Sequence record: OZ035742.1
Direction: 5' to 3' (one strand)
DNA length: 64,000 nt
Source: Felixounavirus AN17P8
Every line of letters starts with the position of its first letter. Positions within the stretch are counted from its first letter, which is position 1. The notes below the pieces were generated by a model. That model searched no databases, had not been told where the DNA came from, and saw nothing but the letters and a program-made list of their open reading frames with translations. Shown piece by piece: positions 10,186 through 20,551 of the stretch. The position numbers and the translations under genes were made by a program.

Positions 10186-12915
10186 TCAATGTACCTCATA
10201 CCAGCTCTTACCAACCTTTGCTGTACCAGTTACAAGTGTTTCTTTCCTCAAACCTAAGTTTTTTGAAGCTTGTCCATACATCCAGTCAGCAATTGCTTTC
10301 ATATCATGTGTCATACCCTCTGGACATTCCCAACTATTTTCATCGTGATATGCCAGAAGTAACCTTGCTCCGATAGCTGGTTTTCGAGCATTCAGTTTTG
10401 TCAGGCCATCTTCACAGGCTTTTCTTGCTGCTAGGTTGATGGCCTCATTCTGAATCTGTGCTTCCGAACTCATCAGGAGGTAGTTCAGTAGTTTATGTGG
10501 AGATTTGCACCATATCCATGCTCCAGCGACCCTGATATAACCACCTTTAGCAATTGAAGAATTCTTCCCAAAAACCTCTTCCAGAGCCTTTTTAGACGCC
10601 TTAAAATCGGCTTCTAAGCTATCAAGTAACTTCTTAATCTTTGGCAGACGCATATAGTAAGTTTGTTTAGTCAATGCACCTTCTTCCGTAGATGATGCCT
10701 TGATAGTTTTTGCAAACTTCTCGTCTCCGGCTCCAAATAACAGGGCGTAGATGCCATTTTTGCTCTTCTTACGGCCTTTTGTAATCTCGTGAAGAAGTTC
10801 CTCATCCTGTGTCTCCCTACAACGAACAATATCTTCTTCCTTGTTCAGACCAAAGTAAATACTGTTCAGTGTATGCGCATCAGTCCCTGTGTAGACTTCA
10901 TAGAGGTCGTTCTCAGCATCATAACGAAGATACTTGTCAGTTTCTGGATTAAGATACTTATCGAGATGCTTGCAATAGTATCTGCCATCCTCTTGCTTAG
11001 TGAACTCTACTGACTCTTTACCCTCAGTTACTGCTTTAGTGAAGTCTTCATCACCCATAAAGTTACAAAGGAGAACTAGCTGGGCTGAGTTCATATCAAC
11101 GGAGACTACGTTGGTTCCTTCCTCGCAAATCCACACCTCCCTCATAGGCGCTCCATAGACAGCAGCACCAGATGGTACGTTTACAATACCATATTGTGTC
11201 ATACGTCCAGTTGAAGTACCAAACACCATTGCACCAGCACTAAGGCGACCATCAGGACGAATCTGGTTCAACCAACCTTTTTCATCATCTTTTGAGTTCT
11301 CAATAGTTCTGCGTCGGTGCATTAAAGTATAGTACTTAGCAATCTTCTGTCCAAGCTCACCTTCAATCGTATCATAAGATGATTCAGTAAGTTTTGGTGA
11401 AGTACGGATTAAGCAAGGCTCAAGCAAATCTGTGTATTTCTTCACAGACCAGTTATGCTCAATGTACTGTACACCTTCATGTTCAACATAACTCAAACCA
11501 CATCGTTCCACCATTTCCTGCCACTTAGGATGTTTTGTAATCATCTTTTTATTGTCTTTGAAACGACAAACTTTGACAGGGCGACCGTCTGAGTCTTTCT
11601 TGTAGTTCCAGTCATCTGGAATCCAACCAACTGATTTCAAGTAGTCTTTAACAACTGCTACCTGAGTCATACGAGAAACTTCGAACTCAATTGGTGTATA
11701 TGGTGCATCAATCAAACCTGTGTAGCGACTTGACTCAAGTTCAAAGTGGTTAACAACGTGACTGTTATAGTACTTCACAGTTTTGACTGTTTTTACTGGC
11801 TTCCAGTCTTTGCATTTCTTACCAATCTTTGCGTTCAACTCATTGCAAATTGCACGAGCATCCTTCATTGCTACAAAACCTTCCTTGTACTCTTCACCAG
11901 TTACAGTGTTGGTTGGTGTATAGCAATTTCTCTTTTCAATGTTAAAAATCTTTGTAGTTGGCTTACCAAATGGTTTGATTTCGTATGTCTGCATCTCGCC
12001 ATTACGTACCTGCTGACGATACTTTGTCTTAGGGTACTTGGTAATTCTTTTCAGTCCATCTGCATGACCAAATGTTTCAACATACTCATTCCAAGCTTTT
12101 GCAAACTCTTCTCCAGTGACTTTACCTTTGGTCTTAATAGTTGGAGGCAGATGTGGTTCAACCTCTGAAGCAAGCTCATTAGTCAACTTGTCAAGTTCCT
12201 TTACATGGAACTCCATAAGCCCCTTATCAGCTTTCCAACCATTGATAGCTTGTTGACTCATCCAGAAAGATGTTTCTTTAGCTCGCATGTAGGTTTCATA
12301 AGTGTCTATGCCACACTTCTTAAGCTTGAGATACTCATTATCAAGTGCCCGTTTAGTTTTGGCGTTAATACGGATATCTTCTACAACACGAGTGAAGATT
12401 TCTGCATTCCACACACCCCAATGCTCAATCTCTGGCTTACGAACACCAACACGAGCACCCCAAGCAGCCAAGCCATGAGCACCTTTATAACCCTTTGGAG
12501 TTGGTCTATCCATCCACTGAACACGAGACTGGATAAGAGAGTCCTGAAAGAAATTACTCCACGGTTTACACTTTGGATTATCAAAGTTCCATAAATCAGG
12601 TGCAATGTGATTGAAAACCCACCAGTCATAACCGAGACCATTATGGATGCAAAGACGTTTTGCCTTTAACGCAAATTCAACACCTTCACGTAAACCACCC
12701 TTGATGTACTTAGTGTACTTGTGACCGAGGATAGGCTCATCTGTAAAGACCCATACAGGTGGCTCTTCATCGTCAGATTTATAGTCTGCGAAAGCCATTA
12801 CGTGAACTTTAGTGAACTCAAGGAGTAAACCATCAGTTTCTGTATCACCAACCAAATGTAAGTTTTTAAAATCTACGTTTTCCATTTTTACTCCCTCTAA
12901 AATCATTAACCCCAT
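10186..12915 (-). CDS. DNA polymerase, family A, with 3'-5' exonuclease domain
   Basis: Exo motif DTETDGL; pol motif B RKKSKNGIYALLFGAG; motif C YHDE. Confidence 0.9.
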   Translation of the reverse strand: MGLMILEGVKMENVDFKNLHLVGDTETDGLLLEFTKVHVMAFADYKSDDEEPPVWVFTDEPILGHKYTKYIKGGLREGVEFALKAKRLCIHNGLGYDWWVFNHIAPDLWNFDNPKCKPWSNFFQDSLIQSRVQWMDRPTPKGYKGAHGLAAWGARVGVRKPEIEHWGVWNAEIFTRVVEDIRINAKTKRALDNEYLKLKKCGIDTYETYMRAKETSFWMSQQAINGWKADKGLMEFHVKELDKLTNELASEVEPHLPPTIKTKGKVTGEEFAKAWNEYVETFGHADGLKRITKYPKTKYRQQVRNGEMQTYEIKPFGKPTTKIFNIEKRNCYTPTNTVTGEEYKEGFVAMKDARAICNELNAKIGKKCKDWKPVKTVKTVKYYNSHVVNHFELESSRYTGLIDAPYTPIEFEVSRMTQVAVVKDYLKSVGWIPDDWNYKKDSDGRPVKVCRFKDNKKMITKHPKWQEMVERCGLSYVEHEGVQYIEHNWSVKKYTDLLEPCLIRTSPKLTESSYDTIEGELGQKIAKYYTLMHRRRTIENSKDDEKGWLNQIRPDGRLSAGAMVFGTSTGRMTQYGIVNVPSGAAVYGAPMREVWICEEGTNVVSVDMNSAQLVLLCNFMGDEDFTKAVTEGKESVEFTKQEDGRYYCKHLDKYLNPETDKYLRYDAENDLYEVYTGTDAHTLNSIYFGLNKEEDIVRCRETQDEELLHEITKGRKKSKNGIYALLFGAGDEKFAKTIKASSTEEGALTKQTYYMRLPKIKKLLDSLEADFKASKKALEEVFGKNSSIAKGGYIRVAGAWIWCKSPHKLLNYLLMSSEAQIQNEAINLAARKACEDGLTKLNARKPAIGARLLLAYHDENSWECPEGMTHDMKAIADWMYGQASKNLGLRKETLVTGTAKVGKSWYEVH

Positions 12916-12945
12916 ACATTACTGCAAAAAATTATAAAAAGCAAG

Positions 12946-12975
12946 TTGACAATGCACTTGACAAGGTGTTAATCT
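12946..12975 (+). promoter_or_regulatory. sigma70-like promoter in divergent region (tandem TTGACA boxes)
   Basis: gtTGACAatgcacTTGACAaggtg...TAATCT; shares cTTGACAAGGTG with three other promoters. Confidence 0.4.
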
Positions 12976-13142
12976 TTGCGAAGTGGGTTTTTACTTAAAA
13001 GGTTACTTAACAGTTTAGCTATACAGATACTTTAAAACTCTTAAAAGATTATTTAATAGCTTTTAAAAAGCTTTAAAGTATAACGTATAGAATACGTTAA
13101 GATAAAAGATTAAAACTTAATAGTTACTTAAAAGAGGCTTAC

Positions 13143-13565
13143 ATGCAGAAAATGTTTGTTCACCCAGACATAGCTGACTTTGTTAGAGCTTTGCAGAAGT
13201 TGGAAGAACTTGACATTGCTGCTCAACGGGAATATGCTCACCATCACAGGAGAATGGTTGATATACAACATGAAATAGAGTTATCTGAAAACTATGAAGA
13301 TGACTTAAAATGTTCTGTATTTGAGCATATGAAAGATGTTGCTACAGCGAGACGTAAAGCTAAAGACACAGTTGCTTTACTAGATTCTCTTAAAAAGAGG
13401 TTGCAAAGTGGTACAGACCTGTGTAATCTAGCGTCACTGATTAACGATGTTGAAACTTCTTGGGATAGGCACTATTATCCACGTTCTGAAAAGACACTTG
13501 ACTTTTCTTCATCCGAAAACTTAAAATGTTCTAGAAAGAAACTTAACAAACTGAGAGAGAAATAA
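13143..13565 (+). CDS. hypothetical protein
   Basis: First gene of plus-strand block; RBS aagagg. Confidence 0.4.
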   Translation: MQKMFVHPDIADFVRALQKLEELDIAAQREYAHHHRRMVDIQHEIELSENYEDDLKCSVFEHMKDVATARRKAKDTVALLDSLKKRLQSGTDLCNLASLINDVETSWDRHYYPRSEKTLDFSSSENLKCSRKKLNKLREK

Positions 13566-13566
13566 T

Positions 13567-14367
13567 ATGAATATCGATGTAGAAAAGATGCTTGAAGAAA
13601 AAGGTATTGACGAAGCATTTTTAATCAATGCCGTAGAAAGCATGGCTATGATTCTTCGTGGGAACAACTACACAGAACAGTTTATGCCTGCAAGCTATAA
13701 TCTGCCTGAAGACAAGTCTGATAACGGTGCTTTTGCAGAACAGGTTAACATGATGTTGACAGACACTACACTTGCTCTGGCATCTATTGCGGTTGGTGTT
13801 GATGCACTTGCTGAGTTCATTTTTTATGAAATGCAAAAGAATGACTATATCAGGATGTCAGACGAAGATAAGGAACTGTTGCTGACTAAGGACACTGATT
13901 TCATTATTGATACGCTTATCTCATCAACAAGTGCTGTTATGGCTGCTCTTGAGAAGCGTATGGAAGAGAAACTTTCACGATATGAAAAACTTGATTGGGG
14001 TGTAGAAGAACTAAACCAACGAATCAAGGAGATTATCCAGCAAACTAAAGAGTCTTTGGAAGAAGCTGTTGAAAATGACTCTGTAGCTGATATAGAACCA
14101 CTTCAGGTGAAAGTTGCACTGATGATTCCAGCTATCTCTACGATGATGAATATCGTTGCACTAATCCAACTTTCACAGATGATGGGTATGAGTATTGAGT
14201 TCATTGAGGAGATGACTGGTGGTGTTAGTATGCAAACAATCAATGATGTTTTGGTGAATATTGGTGCTTCAATCATTGAAGAGAAACTACGCATTAACTT
14301 CGGTGATGATTTTGTGAAGCAAATCTCAGCTATGGCTGAAAAAGAGTCTGCTGAGCAACTGCACTAA
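13567..14367 (+). CDS. acidic hypothetical protein
   Basis: 266 aa, strongly acidic; terminator follows. Confidence 0.4.
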   Translation: MNIDVEKMLEEKGIDEAFLINAVESMAMILRGNNYTEQFMPASYNLPEDKSDNGAFAEQVNMMLTDTTLALASIAVGVDALAEFIFYEMQKNDYIRMSDEDKELLLTKDTDFIIDTLISSTSAVMAALEKRMEEKLSRYEKLDWGVEELNQRIKEIIQQTKESLEEAVENDSVADIEPLQVKVALMIPAISTMMNIVALIQLSQMMGMSIEFIEEMTGGVSMQTINDVLVNIGASIIEEKLRINFGDDFVKQISAMAEKESAEQLH

Positions 14368-14385
14368 GTCTTTATAAGTCTTACA

Positions 14386-14409
14386 GGCCCCCTTAGTTGG
14401 GGGCTTTTT
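14386..14409 (+). terminator. rho-independent terminator
   Basis: GCCCCC-ttagtt-GGGGGC-TTTTT. Confidence 0.6.
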
Positions 14410-14428
14410 AGTAATTAATGGGGATAAA

Positions 14429-15172
14429 ATGAGTAATATTATCGCATTTACTGGAAAGGCACGTTCTGGAAAAGACACCTCATGTTCTATTGTGAAGAAC
14501 ATCTTAGAGGATGAGTACGGCTACAATGTTGCAGTAATGGCCTATGCAGACAACCTTAAGCTATCTGCATCAAGGATATTTGACCTGACTTGGAATGACC
14601 TGTATGGTGAAACTAAAGAGACTCCACAGGTTTTTGACTTATCATATCCTGGACTAATGTTCAAAGTTACCGAAGCTATGGAGTTCACCTTCAAAGGCGA
14701 ACGTTACCATATGGATTTTAAGCTTATGTCAGAGTTAACCGGACGATTAATCATGGAGCTTAAGAAGGTTGCTAAACCGACTCTATTAACACGTCTGGGA
14801 TTTAGCAAGAAGTATAAATTTTCATCAAGACAAATTCAACAGATTTGGGGCACTGAAGTTATCCGTAAAGTTATGGGTGACAAGTTCTGGGCTAAAGACC
14901 TCGAAAAACGAATGGTAAATTTCTTTGATGTTTGCTCACTTAGAAATCAAGAAGGTGTTGTTTTAATCAGTGATTTAAGATTTGACTCTGAAGCTGAGTG
15001 GCTGAGTAGATTTGCACACCAAACTATTGAAGTAAAAAGAGACAATGTGGACAAAGTTTCATCACATGTTTCAGAAAATGGCATTTCTACAAAATATGAG
15101 CGTGACATTATTCATAATAATGGTACTCTTGCAGACCTTGAGAGCAAACTAAGAGCTATCCTGAAGATTTAA
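14429..15172 (+). CDS. deoxynucleoside monophosphate kinase-like P-loop protein
   Basis: N-terminal Walker A AFTGKARSGKDT as in T4 gp1-type dNMP kinases. Confidence 0.55.
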   Translation: MSNIIAFTGKARSGKDTSCSIVKNILEDEYGYNVAVMAYADNLKLSASRIFDLTWNDLYGETKETPQVFDLSYPGLMFKVTEAMEFTFKGERYHMDFKLMSELTGRLIMELKKVAKPTLLTRLGFSKKYKFSSRQIQQIWGTEVIRKVMGDKFWAKDLEKRMVNFFDVCSLRNQEGVVLISDLRFDSEAEWLSRFAHQTIEVKRDNVDKVSSHVSENGISTKYERDIIHNNGTLADLESKLRAILKI

Positions 15173-15180
15173 AAGAGAGA

Positions 15181-15381
15181 ATGAAGATGAGAGTAAAAGA
15201 TAATTTTAAAGTTATTGACCACCGTTTAGTGGAACTCTCATCTCTTTCCAATGAGGTAATGATTGAACGTCTTAAGAGAGTTGAATCACGAAGGAAAGAG
15301 ATTGCAGATGAAATTCATGAACTGGACAAGATTGAAAATGGATTGAAGGCAGAACTACAACGAAGAGGTGCTAATGTCTAA
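15181..15381 (+). CDS. hypothetical small protein
   Basis: 66-aa coiled-coil-like ORF. Confidence 0.3.
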   Translation: MKMRVKDNFKVIDHRLVELSSLSNEVMIERLKRVESRRKEIADEIHELDKIENGLKAELQRRGANV

Positions 15382-17359
15382 AGGTCGTAAATTGAAAGAG
15401 GCTGGTCAGTTTATTGGTCATTGTGCATGTCCACGTTGTGGTTCATCAGATGCTGGTTCAATCTATCATCATGACGATGATTCTTATTCGATGACTTGCT
15501 TTAGTTGTAACAAAGGTTTCCCAGAGTGGGATTTTGATAAAGGACAAATCGTGAGCACTTATTCTACTGGTTCAGACAATAAAAACCGTACTTTCCGTGG
15601 AATGGATTTAGACGATGTAAAAGAAAACCTAGAAGCAATGGACTTGAAAGACAGGAAGATTCCTGCAAAAGTCCTTGAACGCTTAGGTATAAAGGTTGAC
15701 ATTGACAGTGATGGTGAAATTGATGCGCATTTCTATCCAACTTACAAACGTAATGAAGATGGCAAGCTAGAGCACGTTGGTTACCGTGTACGTCATCGTT
15801 ACCCAGAAGACCATCCAAAAGAACACCTACGAGGTAAGCTAAAAGACTTTTCAGGTGGTGTTGGAGACATTAAAGGTGAACTGGCAATGTTCGGTTCATG
15901 GATTGCTCCAGAAGGTGGTAACCGTCTATTCATCTGGGAAGGTGAGATGGAATGTGCAACAGCAATCTATATGACTTCTCTTGCGATTAAGGACAAGTCT
16001 CGTCGTAAGAATTACTGTCACGTATCTGTTCCATCAGGTGCAAACATTAAGTCTATCAAAGACAACTATCAGTACATTACATCATTTGATGAAATTTACT
16101 TGTGCTTTGATAATGATGAAGCTGGTGCTAAAGCTACTAAAGAGGCTGCTGGTATCCTCCCTATCGAGAAGGTTCGTTTATTCCAGTATCCAGAAGGTGT
16201 AAAAGACCTTAACGAATGGTGGACAAAGTTCTATAAAGAGAAAGATACAGTTCTGGAAGGATTTAAGCAGCGTATCTACAATGCACCTCGTTACTGTCCT
16301 GCTGGTATCAAGAACTTCGCAGATGGTTTTGAGGCAATGAAGAATCGTGGTCAGATTCCATTGATTCCTTTCCCAGAATCTTTCGGAGATTTGAACAGAC
16401 TGACTTATGGTGGTTATGGTCTAGGTGAGATTACAACTCTGGCAGCACCATCTTCAGTGGGTAAATCAGCATACACTCGTGAAATGATTTACACAGCTTG
16501 GAAAGATACCGATTACAATATTGGTGTAATTCCTGTAGAAGATACCTATGAAGAGTTGATGGAGATGCTCTGTGCAATCCACCTAAGCAAGCAGATTTCT
16601 GAGATTCCTTATGACGAACGTGATTGGGATGAATTGAAGGAAGCACACGCAGAACTATCTAAAGGTCGTCGTATCCACATCGTAGACCATCAAGGGGCAA
16701 TTGACCAAGATAACTTGCTGGAGTTTGTTGACTATCTTGTTAATAGTTTAGACTGTAAGATTATTATTCTTGACCCTATTACGTTGGCTCTGTCACGTTC
16801 AGATACGGATGAAGAGGAAGTTTTGTCTGAGCTATTGCGTCGTTGCAAACGCTACCAGTATGCACAGGTAAACGTCTGTCACGTTCGTAAAAGTGCAGGT
16901 GGTCAGAAGGCTAACTCCGAAGGTGGAGATATCTCTGAAGAGGATATTAAAGGTTCTGGTGCGTATTTCCAGATTTCTATGAACAACATCCTGTTAATGC
17001 GTAACAAAGTTGACCCAGACCCTGTTAAGAAAAACTTGACAAAAATCAAGCTAACTAAATGTCGTCGTCACGGTAAGTCAACGGGTATTGCTGGTCATAC
17101 TTGGTACAATCCAGATACAGGACGCCTCATCAAAGCATCTGGTTGCGGAGTTGACATTGATGGTGCAGCAGAAAATATTCGCCAACAGTTTGGTATTGGT
17201 GAAGCTGAAGACCATTACGATGACTCTTTGCCACATTATGAGGATGAAGTGTTTGACCGTGAGACTGGTGAAGTCTATACTGAAGAGCAGCGCCAAAGCT
17301 CAACGATTCCACCTGTATTAAGTGAGGATGCAGATGACTGCCCATTCGAAACTGAGTGA
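15374..17359 (+). CDS. bifunctional primase-helicase (T7 gp4-like)
   Basis: Zinc ribbon CPRCG...CFSCN; TOPRIM EGEMEC...DNDEAG; helicase Walker A APSSVGKS and Walker B IIILDP. Start moved from GTG 15368 to ATG 15374. Confidence 0.8.
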   Translation: MSKGRKLKEAGQFIGHCACPRCGSSDAGSIYHHDDDSYSMTCFSCNKGFPEWDFDKGQIVSTYSTGSDNKNRTFRGMDLDDVKENLEAMDLKDRKIPAKVLERLGIKVDIDSDGEIDAHFYPTYKRNEDGKLEHVGYRVRHRYPEDHPKEHLRGKLKDFSGGVGDIKGELAMFGSWIAPEGGNRLFIWEGEMECATAIYMTSLAIKDKSRRKNYCHVSVPSGANIKSIKDNYQYITSFDEIYLCFDNDEAGAKATKEAAGILPIEKVRLFQYPEGVKDLNEWWTKFYKEKDTVLEGFKQRIYNAPRYCPAGIKNFADGFEAMKNRGQIPLIPFPESFGDLNRLTYGGYGLGEITTLAAPSSVGKSAYTREMIYTAWKDTDYNIGVIPVEDTYEELMEMLCAIHLSKQISEIPYDERDWDELKEAHAELSKGRRIHIVDHQGAIDQDNLLEFVDYLVNSLDCKIIILDPITLALSRSDTDEEEVLSELLRRCKRYQYAQVNVCHVRKSAGGQKANSEGGDISEEDIKGSGAYFQISMNNILLMRNKVDPDPVKKNLTKIKLTKCRRHGKSTGIAGHTWYNPDTGRLIKASGCGVDIDGAAENIRQQFGIGEAEDHYDDSLPHYEDEVFDRETGEVYTEEQRQSSTIPPVLSEDADDCPFETE

Positions 17360-17611
17360 TAGTTATAAAAGAGAGGGGTTCACACCCTTCTTTGAAGAAA
17401 AAAGTTTAAATAAATTTCAGGAAGAGTGTTTGACAAAGATTGATAGGTTCTATAGAATGCTCCTTATGAAATGCGATGGGGAAGTTGAGATAAAAGAAGA
17501 TTTCCACCAAAGCATGATTACAGTCATCATTGCGCTGCCTCAGCATAATATTAGCTGGCTGTTTATAATTAAAGAAAATGTGTTTGAATATCAAGTATAT
17601 CGGAGAATATC

Positions 17612-17761
17612 ATGAAACACTCTAAAGCATTTGAAAAAGTTTTTGGGGATTCCTTAAAAGCCACTGCTGGAAAACCAGCAAAATACTATGAAGAGAAACG
17701 TGTAAGAACTGGAAAAACTGCACGTAAAGCAGCTTCTAAAGATAAGCACAACTTCCAGTAA
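17612..17761 (+). CDS. small basic protein (49 aa, below track cutoff)
   Basis: ATG with RBS ggag; MKHSKAFEKVFGDSLKATAGKPAKYYEEKRVRTGKTARKAASKDKHNFQ. Confidence 0.3.
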   Translation: MKHSKAFEKVFGDSLKATAGKPAKYYEEKRVRTGKTARKAASKDKHNFQ

Positions 17762-17768
17762 TTAGTAT

Positions 17769-17798
17769 TTGACAATAGAGTATCAACAAATTAGAATT
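17769..17798 (+). promoter_or_regulatory. sigma70-like promoter for putative SSB gene
   Basis: TTGACA-N18-TAGAAT about 36 nt upstream of ATG 17834. Confidence 0.55.
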
Positions 17799-17833
17799 GG
17801 TACTCTTCATAAATTGAGATAGAGGTTTAAATA

Positions 17834-18691
17834 ATGTCTAAAGTTGTTAAAATGAAAGCTCCGGTAGAGAAGTACAACGGTACTGAACGTCAAACTCTGC
17901 GTTACCTGCTGAAAGACGTCTGGTTTTATTACCTGAACACTTCACCACGTCCGGGGAAAGGTAAGTCTATTGATAAAAAATTCCCAGGAAAAGATTGTAA
18001 CTACAGCGTATCAATTCTGGCAGAGGATGGTAACAAACTGTTTAAAGAGTTTACTAAGTCTAAGAAAAATCCAGAAGGCTGGGATAAAGTTACTACTGAA
18101 GCAGTTGATGCAGATGACTTCGAAGAGAAGTTTGGTTGTAAACCACCTTTTGAAGCAGATACTTACTACATCTTGAAAGTAAGTCGTGCAGCAGCTTATA
18201 AAGATGGTGCTGTATGGACAGCTAAACAGTCATTCCCTGTAATGCTGATTGAAGAAGTAAATGGTAAGCGTGTAGCTGTTAAGCAGCCGATGAAGAAAAT
18301 CAAAGCTCAAGCATCTGATAAACATGAAGATGACAAGAACTATGACGTAATTCATCCAGATATCGCAGTTGGTAACGGTTCTTTTGGTAGTGTGATTCTT
18401 TCTACTCACTTCTACACTTTTGAGAACAATGTTCTGACAAAACCTATTCAGGAACAGTTTATCATTGATACTCTTGTACCTTACACTGGTGGCAACGGTG
18501 CTAACGGTGAGCCTGAACTGGATGAAGATGAACTGGCTATGCTTGGTCTTGATGGTGTTGAAGATAACGGTGAAATCACTGAAGAAGACGCAACAGACCA
18601 TAAATCTTCGAATGCTTCTGATGATGGTGATGATGAAGATTTGCCAGACCCAGATGACGAAGAAGATGAAGACTTCGATACAGAAGACTAA
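17834..18691 (+). CDS. putative ssDNA-binding protein
   Basis: Strong promoter upstream; extremely acidic C-terminal tail ending DEEDEDFDTED, as in T7 gp2.5-type SSBs. Confidence 0.45.
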   Translation: MSKVVKMKAPVEKYNGTERQTLRYLLKDVWFYYLNTSPRPGKGKSIDKKFPGKDCNYSVSILAEDGNKLFKEFTKSKKNPEGWDKVTTEAVDADDFEEKFGCKPPFEADTYYILKVSRAAAYKDGAVWTAKQSFPVMLIEEVNGKRVAVKQPMKKIKAQASDKHEDDKNYDVIHPDIAVGNGSFGSVILSTHFYTFENNVLTKPIQEQFIIDTLVPYTGGNGANGEPELDEDELAMLGLDGVEDNGEITEEDATDHKSSNASDDGDDEDLPDPDDEEDEDFDTED

Positions 18692-18709
18692 TCTCTAAAA
18701 GTTACTTTA

Positions 18710-18737
18710 AAGCCCTGTACTTAGTATGGGGCTTTTT
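18710..18737 (+). terminator. rho-independent terminator
   Basis: AGCCC-(loop)-GGGGCT-TTTTT after SSB-like gene. Confidence 0.5.
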
Positions 18738-18753
18738 CATATGGAGAGCCATA

Positions 18754-19794
18754 ATGGAGAAGTACACATTAACAAAACTTCCCGATTCAGTTACACATGT
18801 TTTTATTGACTCTGACAGCATTGCCTATAAAGGTGCTTGTGTAGTTGAGAAAGCAAAATATAAATATGTCAATAAACTCACAGCAGAAGAATCTGATTCG
18901 TTTGATAATGCAAAAGATGCTGCAAGATGGTTAGCAGACCAGAGAATCCTTGTGGAAGAGCTTGGTCTGACATTTGATGAAGATGAATGGGAAAGACAGA
19001 CTTGGAAAGAAGCTAAGAGTGAAAAAGAAGCTATCATGGCTACTCAACAGGTGCTTCAGGAATGGCTTAAGGTTGTTGGTAAAGAAAGAACTTGGGTAGG
19101 TTATTTAACAGAGAAAGGTGTGCATAAACATAAAGACGTTAAAGGTCTTGAGCACCAATATCAAGGCAACCGTAAAGATGCTGTCACACCAACACACCTA
19201 GTTGCTTGTCGTGAGTATCTTCTGTCAAGACCAGAGTTCAAACTCTTAAAGGGTGGCTTCGAAGCTGATTCAATCGTAATTGCTAAAGCTGAAAAGATGG
19301 GTAAGAAAGCCGCTCTTATGAGTATTGACAAAGACCTTCGACAAGCTGAAGGGACTTATTGTATTGATATGACTTATGAAAAATCACCACTAATTTTTAT
19401 TGCTGACAATAATGTTGGTGATATCTGGGATTGTCCTATCAAATCAAAACCAAAAGCTGCAAAAACAGTTGGTGTAGGTTTTAAATTCTTGTGTTATCAG
19501 GCTGTTGCTGGAGATAATGCAGACAACTACTTCGGCCTTAAGGGTGCTGGTAAAGTAGCTGTGATGAATGCTTTAGATGGTAAAGAGACCTATAAAGAGT
19601 GTCTTGACGCTATCTATGAACTCTATGCTAAAAAAGACTCTTATACCTATGTGTCATGGGATGGACAGACTGTTACAAAGACACCGTTAGAGTTAATGGA
19701 ACAGCATTTCTGGATAGCATATCAAGAGAGAAATCCAAAAGATAATTTCTCTTTCAAGAAATATAATTGGGAGCCGTGTATGAATGAAGATTAA
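18754..19794 (+). CDS. 5'-3' exonuclease / flap endonuclease
   Basis: N-terminal VFIDSDSIAYKGA and H3TH-like AGDNADNYFGLKGAGKVAVMNAL. Confidence 0.6.
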   Translation: MEKYTLTKLPDSVTHVFIDSDSIAYKGACVVEKAKYKYVNKLTAEESDSFDNAKDAARWLADQRILVEELGLTFDEDEWERQTWKEAKSEKEAIMATQQVLQEWLKVVGKERTWVGYLTEKGVHKHKDVKGLEHQYQGNRKDAVTPTHLVACREYLLSRPEFKLLKGGFEADSIVIAKAEKMGKKAALMSIDKDLRQAEGTYCIDMTYEKSPLIFIADNNVGDIWDCPIKSKPKAAKTVGVGFKFLCYQAVAGDNADNYFGLKGAGKVAVMNALDGKETYKECLDAIYELYAKKDSYTYVSWDGQTVTKTPLELMEQHFWIAYQERNPKDNFSFKKYNWEPCMNED

Positions 19795-20281
19795 AGGATT
19801 TGGCAATTGTCCCACCTATGGTCATTGGGTATCTTTATGTGGGGAAGTTGACCCCACTAAACATTTTGGCTTTGTCTATTTAGTACACTGTAAGAAGACT
19901 GGACAATATTATATCGGAAAGAAACAGCTTAACAGTGTGACCAAAAGAAAAGTTGCTGGGAAGACTCGGAAGAAGGTAGTCACTAAGGAAAGTGATTGGA
20001 TGACTTACGAGACTTCTTCTGAGTATATTAAAAAAGATATTGAGAGCTTTGGAAAAGAATTTTTTGACTTTTACATTATCCAAACCTACTACACAAAAGG
20101 TGGCCTAGTTTATGGTGAAGCAAACCTTCAACATAAGTTCGATGTAATGACAAAAAGGATTGACTCGAAGCTCAGACTCTTCTACAATGCCAATATTGCA
20201 GCAATTAAGTTTATTACTAAAGAAACTTATGAAGATGCTGAAAAAAGAATCCATAAGGTAATGAAAGTAAATTGTGCTTGA
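19784..20281 (+). CDS. GIY-YIG family endonuclease
   Basis: N-terminal FVYLVHCKKTGQYYIGKK matches GIY-(10)-YIG spacing. Confidence 0.5.
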   Translation: MKIKGFGNCPTYGHWVSLCGEVDPTKHFGFVYLVHCKKTGQYYIGKKQLNSVTKRKVAGKTRKKVVTKESDWMTYETSSEYIKKDIESFGKEFFDFYIIQTYYTKGGLVYGEANLQHKFDVMTKRIDSKLRLFYNANIAAIKFITKETYEDAEKRIHKVMKVNCA

Positions 20282-20302
20282 TAACTATTGAGAGAGAATA
20301 AA

Positions 20303-20551
20303 ATGTTTAACAAAAGTAAAGCTGTAAGTCATGTAGCAAAAGTTGACAGCAAGATTGAAGAACTTGAGCGCATTCTTGCAAATGCTAAAGAGTCAATCAT
20401 TAAAGAAGTTGAAGCTGTTGAATCTCAAATGCAGCACCTGATGCTTAAACGTCAAGAGCTACGTGAGCACCTAGAATATATTGAAACACGAGAGCTAAAG
20501 GTTAACAAATATTTTAAGGAGTCCGAATGTTTAACTCAAGAGAATCAGTAA
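20303..20551 (+). CDS. hypothetical coiled-coil protein
   Basis: Start moved to ATG with RBS gagagag. Confidence 0.3.
   Translation: MFNKSKAVSHVAKVDSKIEELERILANAKESIIKEVEAVESQMQHLMLKRQELREHLEYIETRELKVNKYFKESECLTQENQ

Noticed and set aside
10789-12641. Antisense or alternate-frame ORFs inside the DNA polymerase gene (10789-11013, 11746-12168, 12205-12594, 12381-12641)
   Set aside because: Fully embedded in a long, motif-supported gene on the opposite strand; hydrophobic low-complexity translations typical of AT-rich antisense frames.
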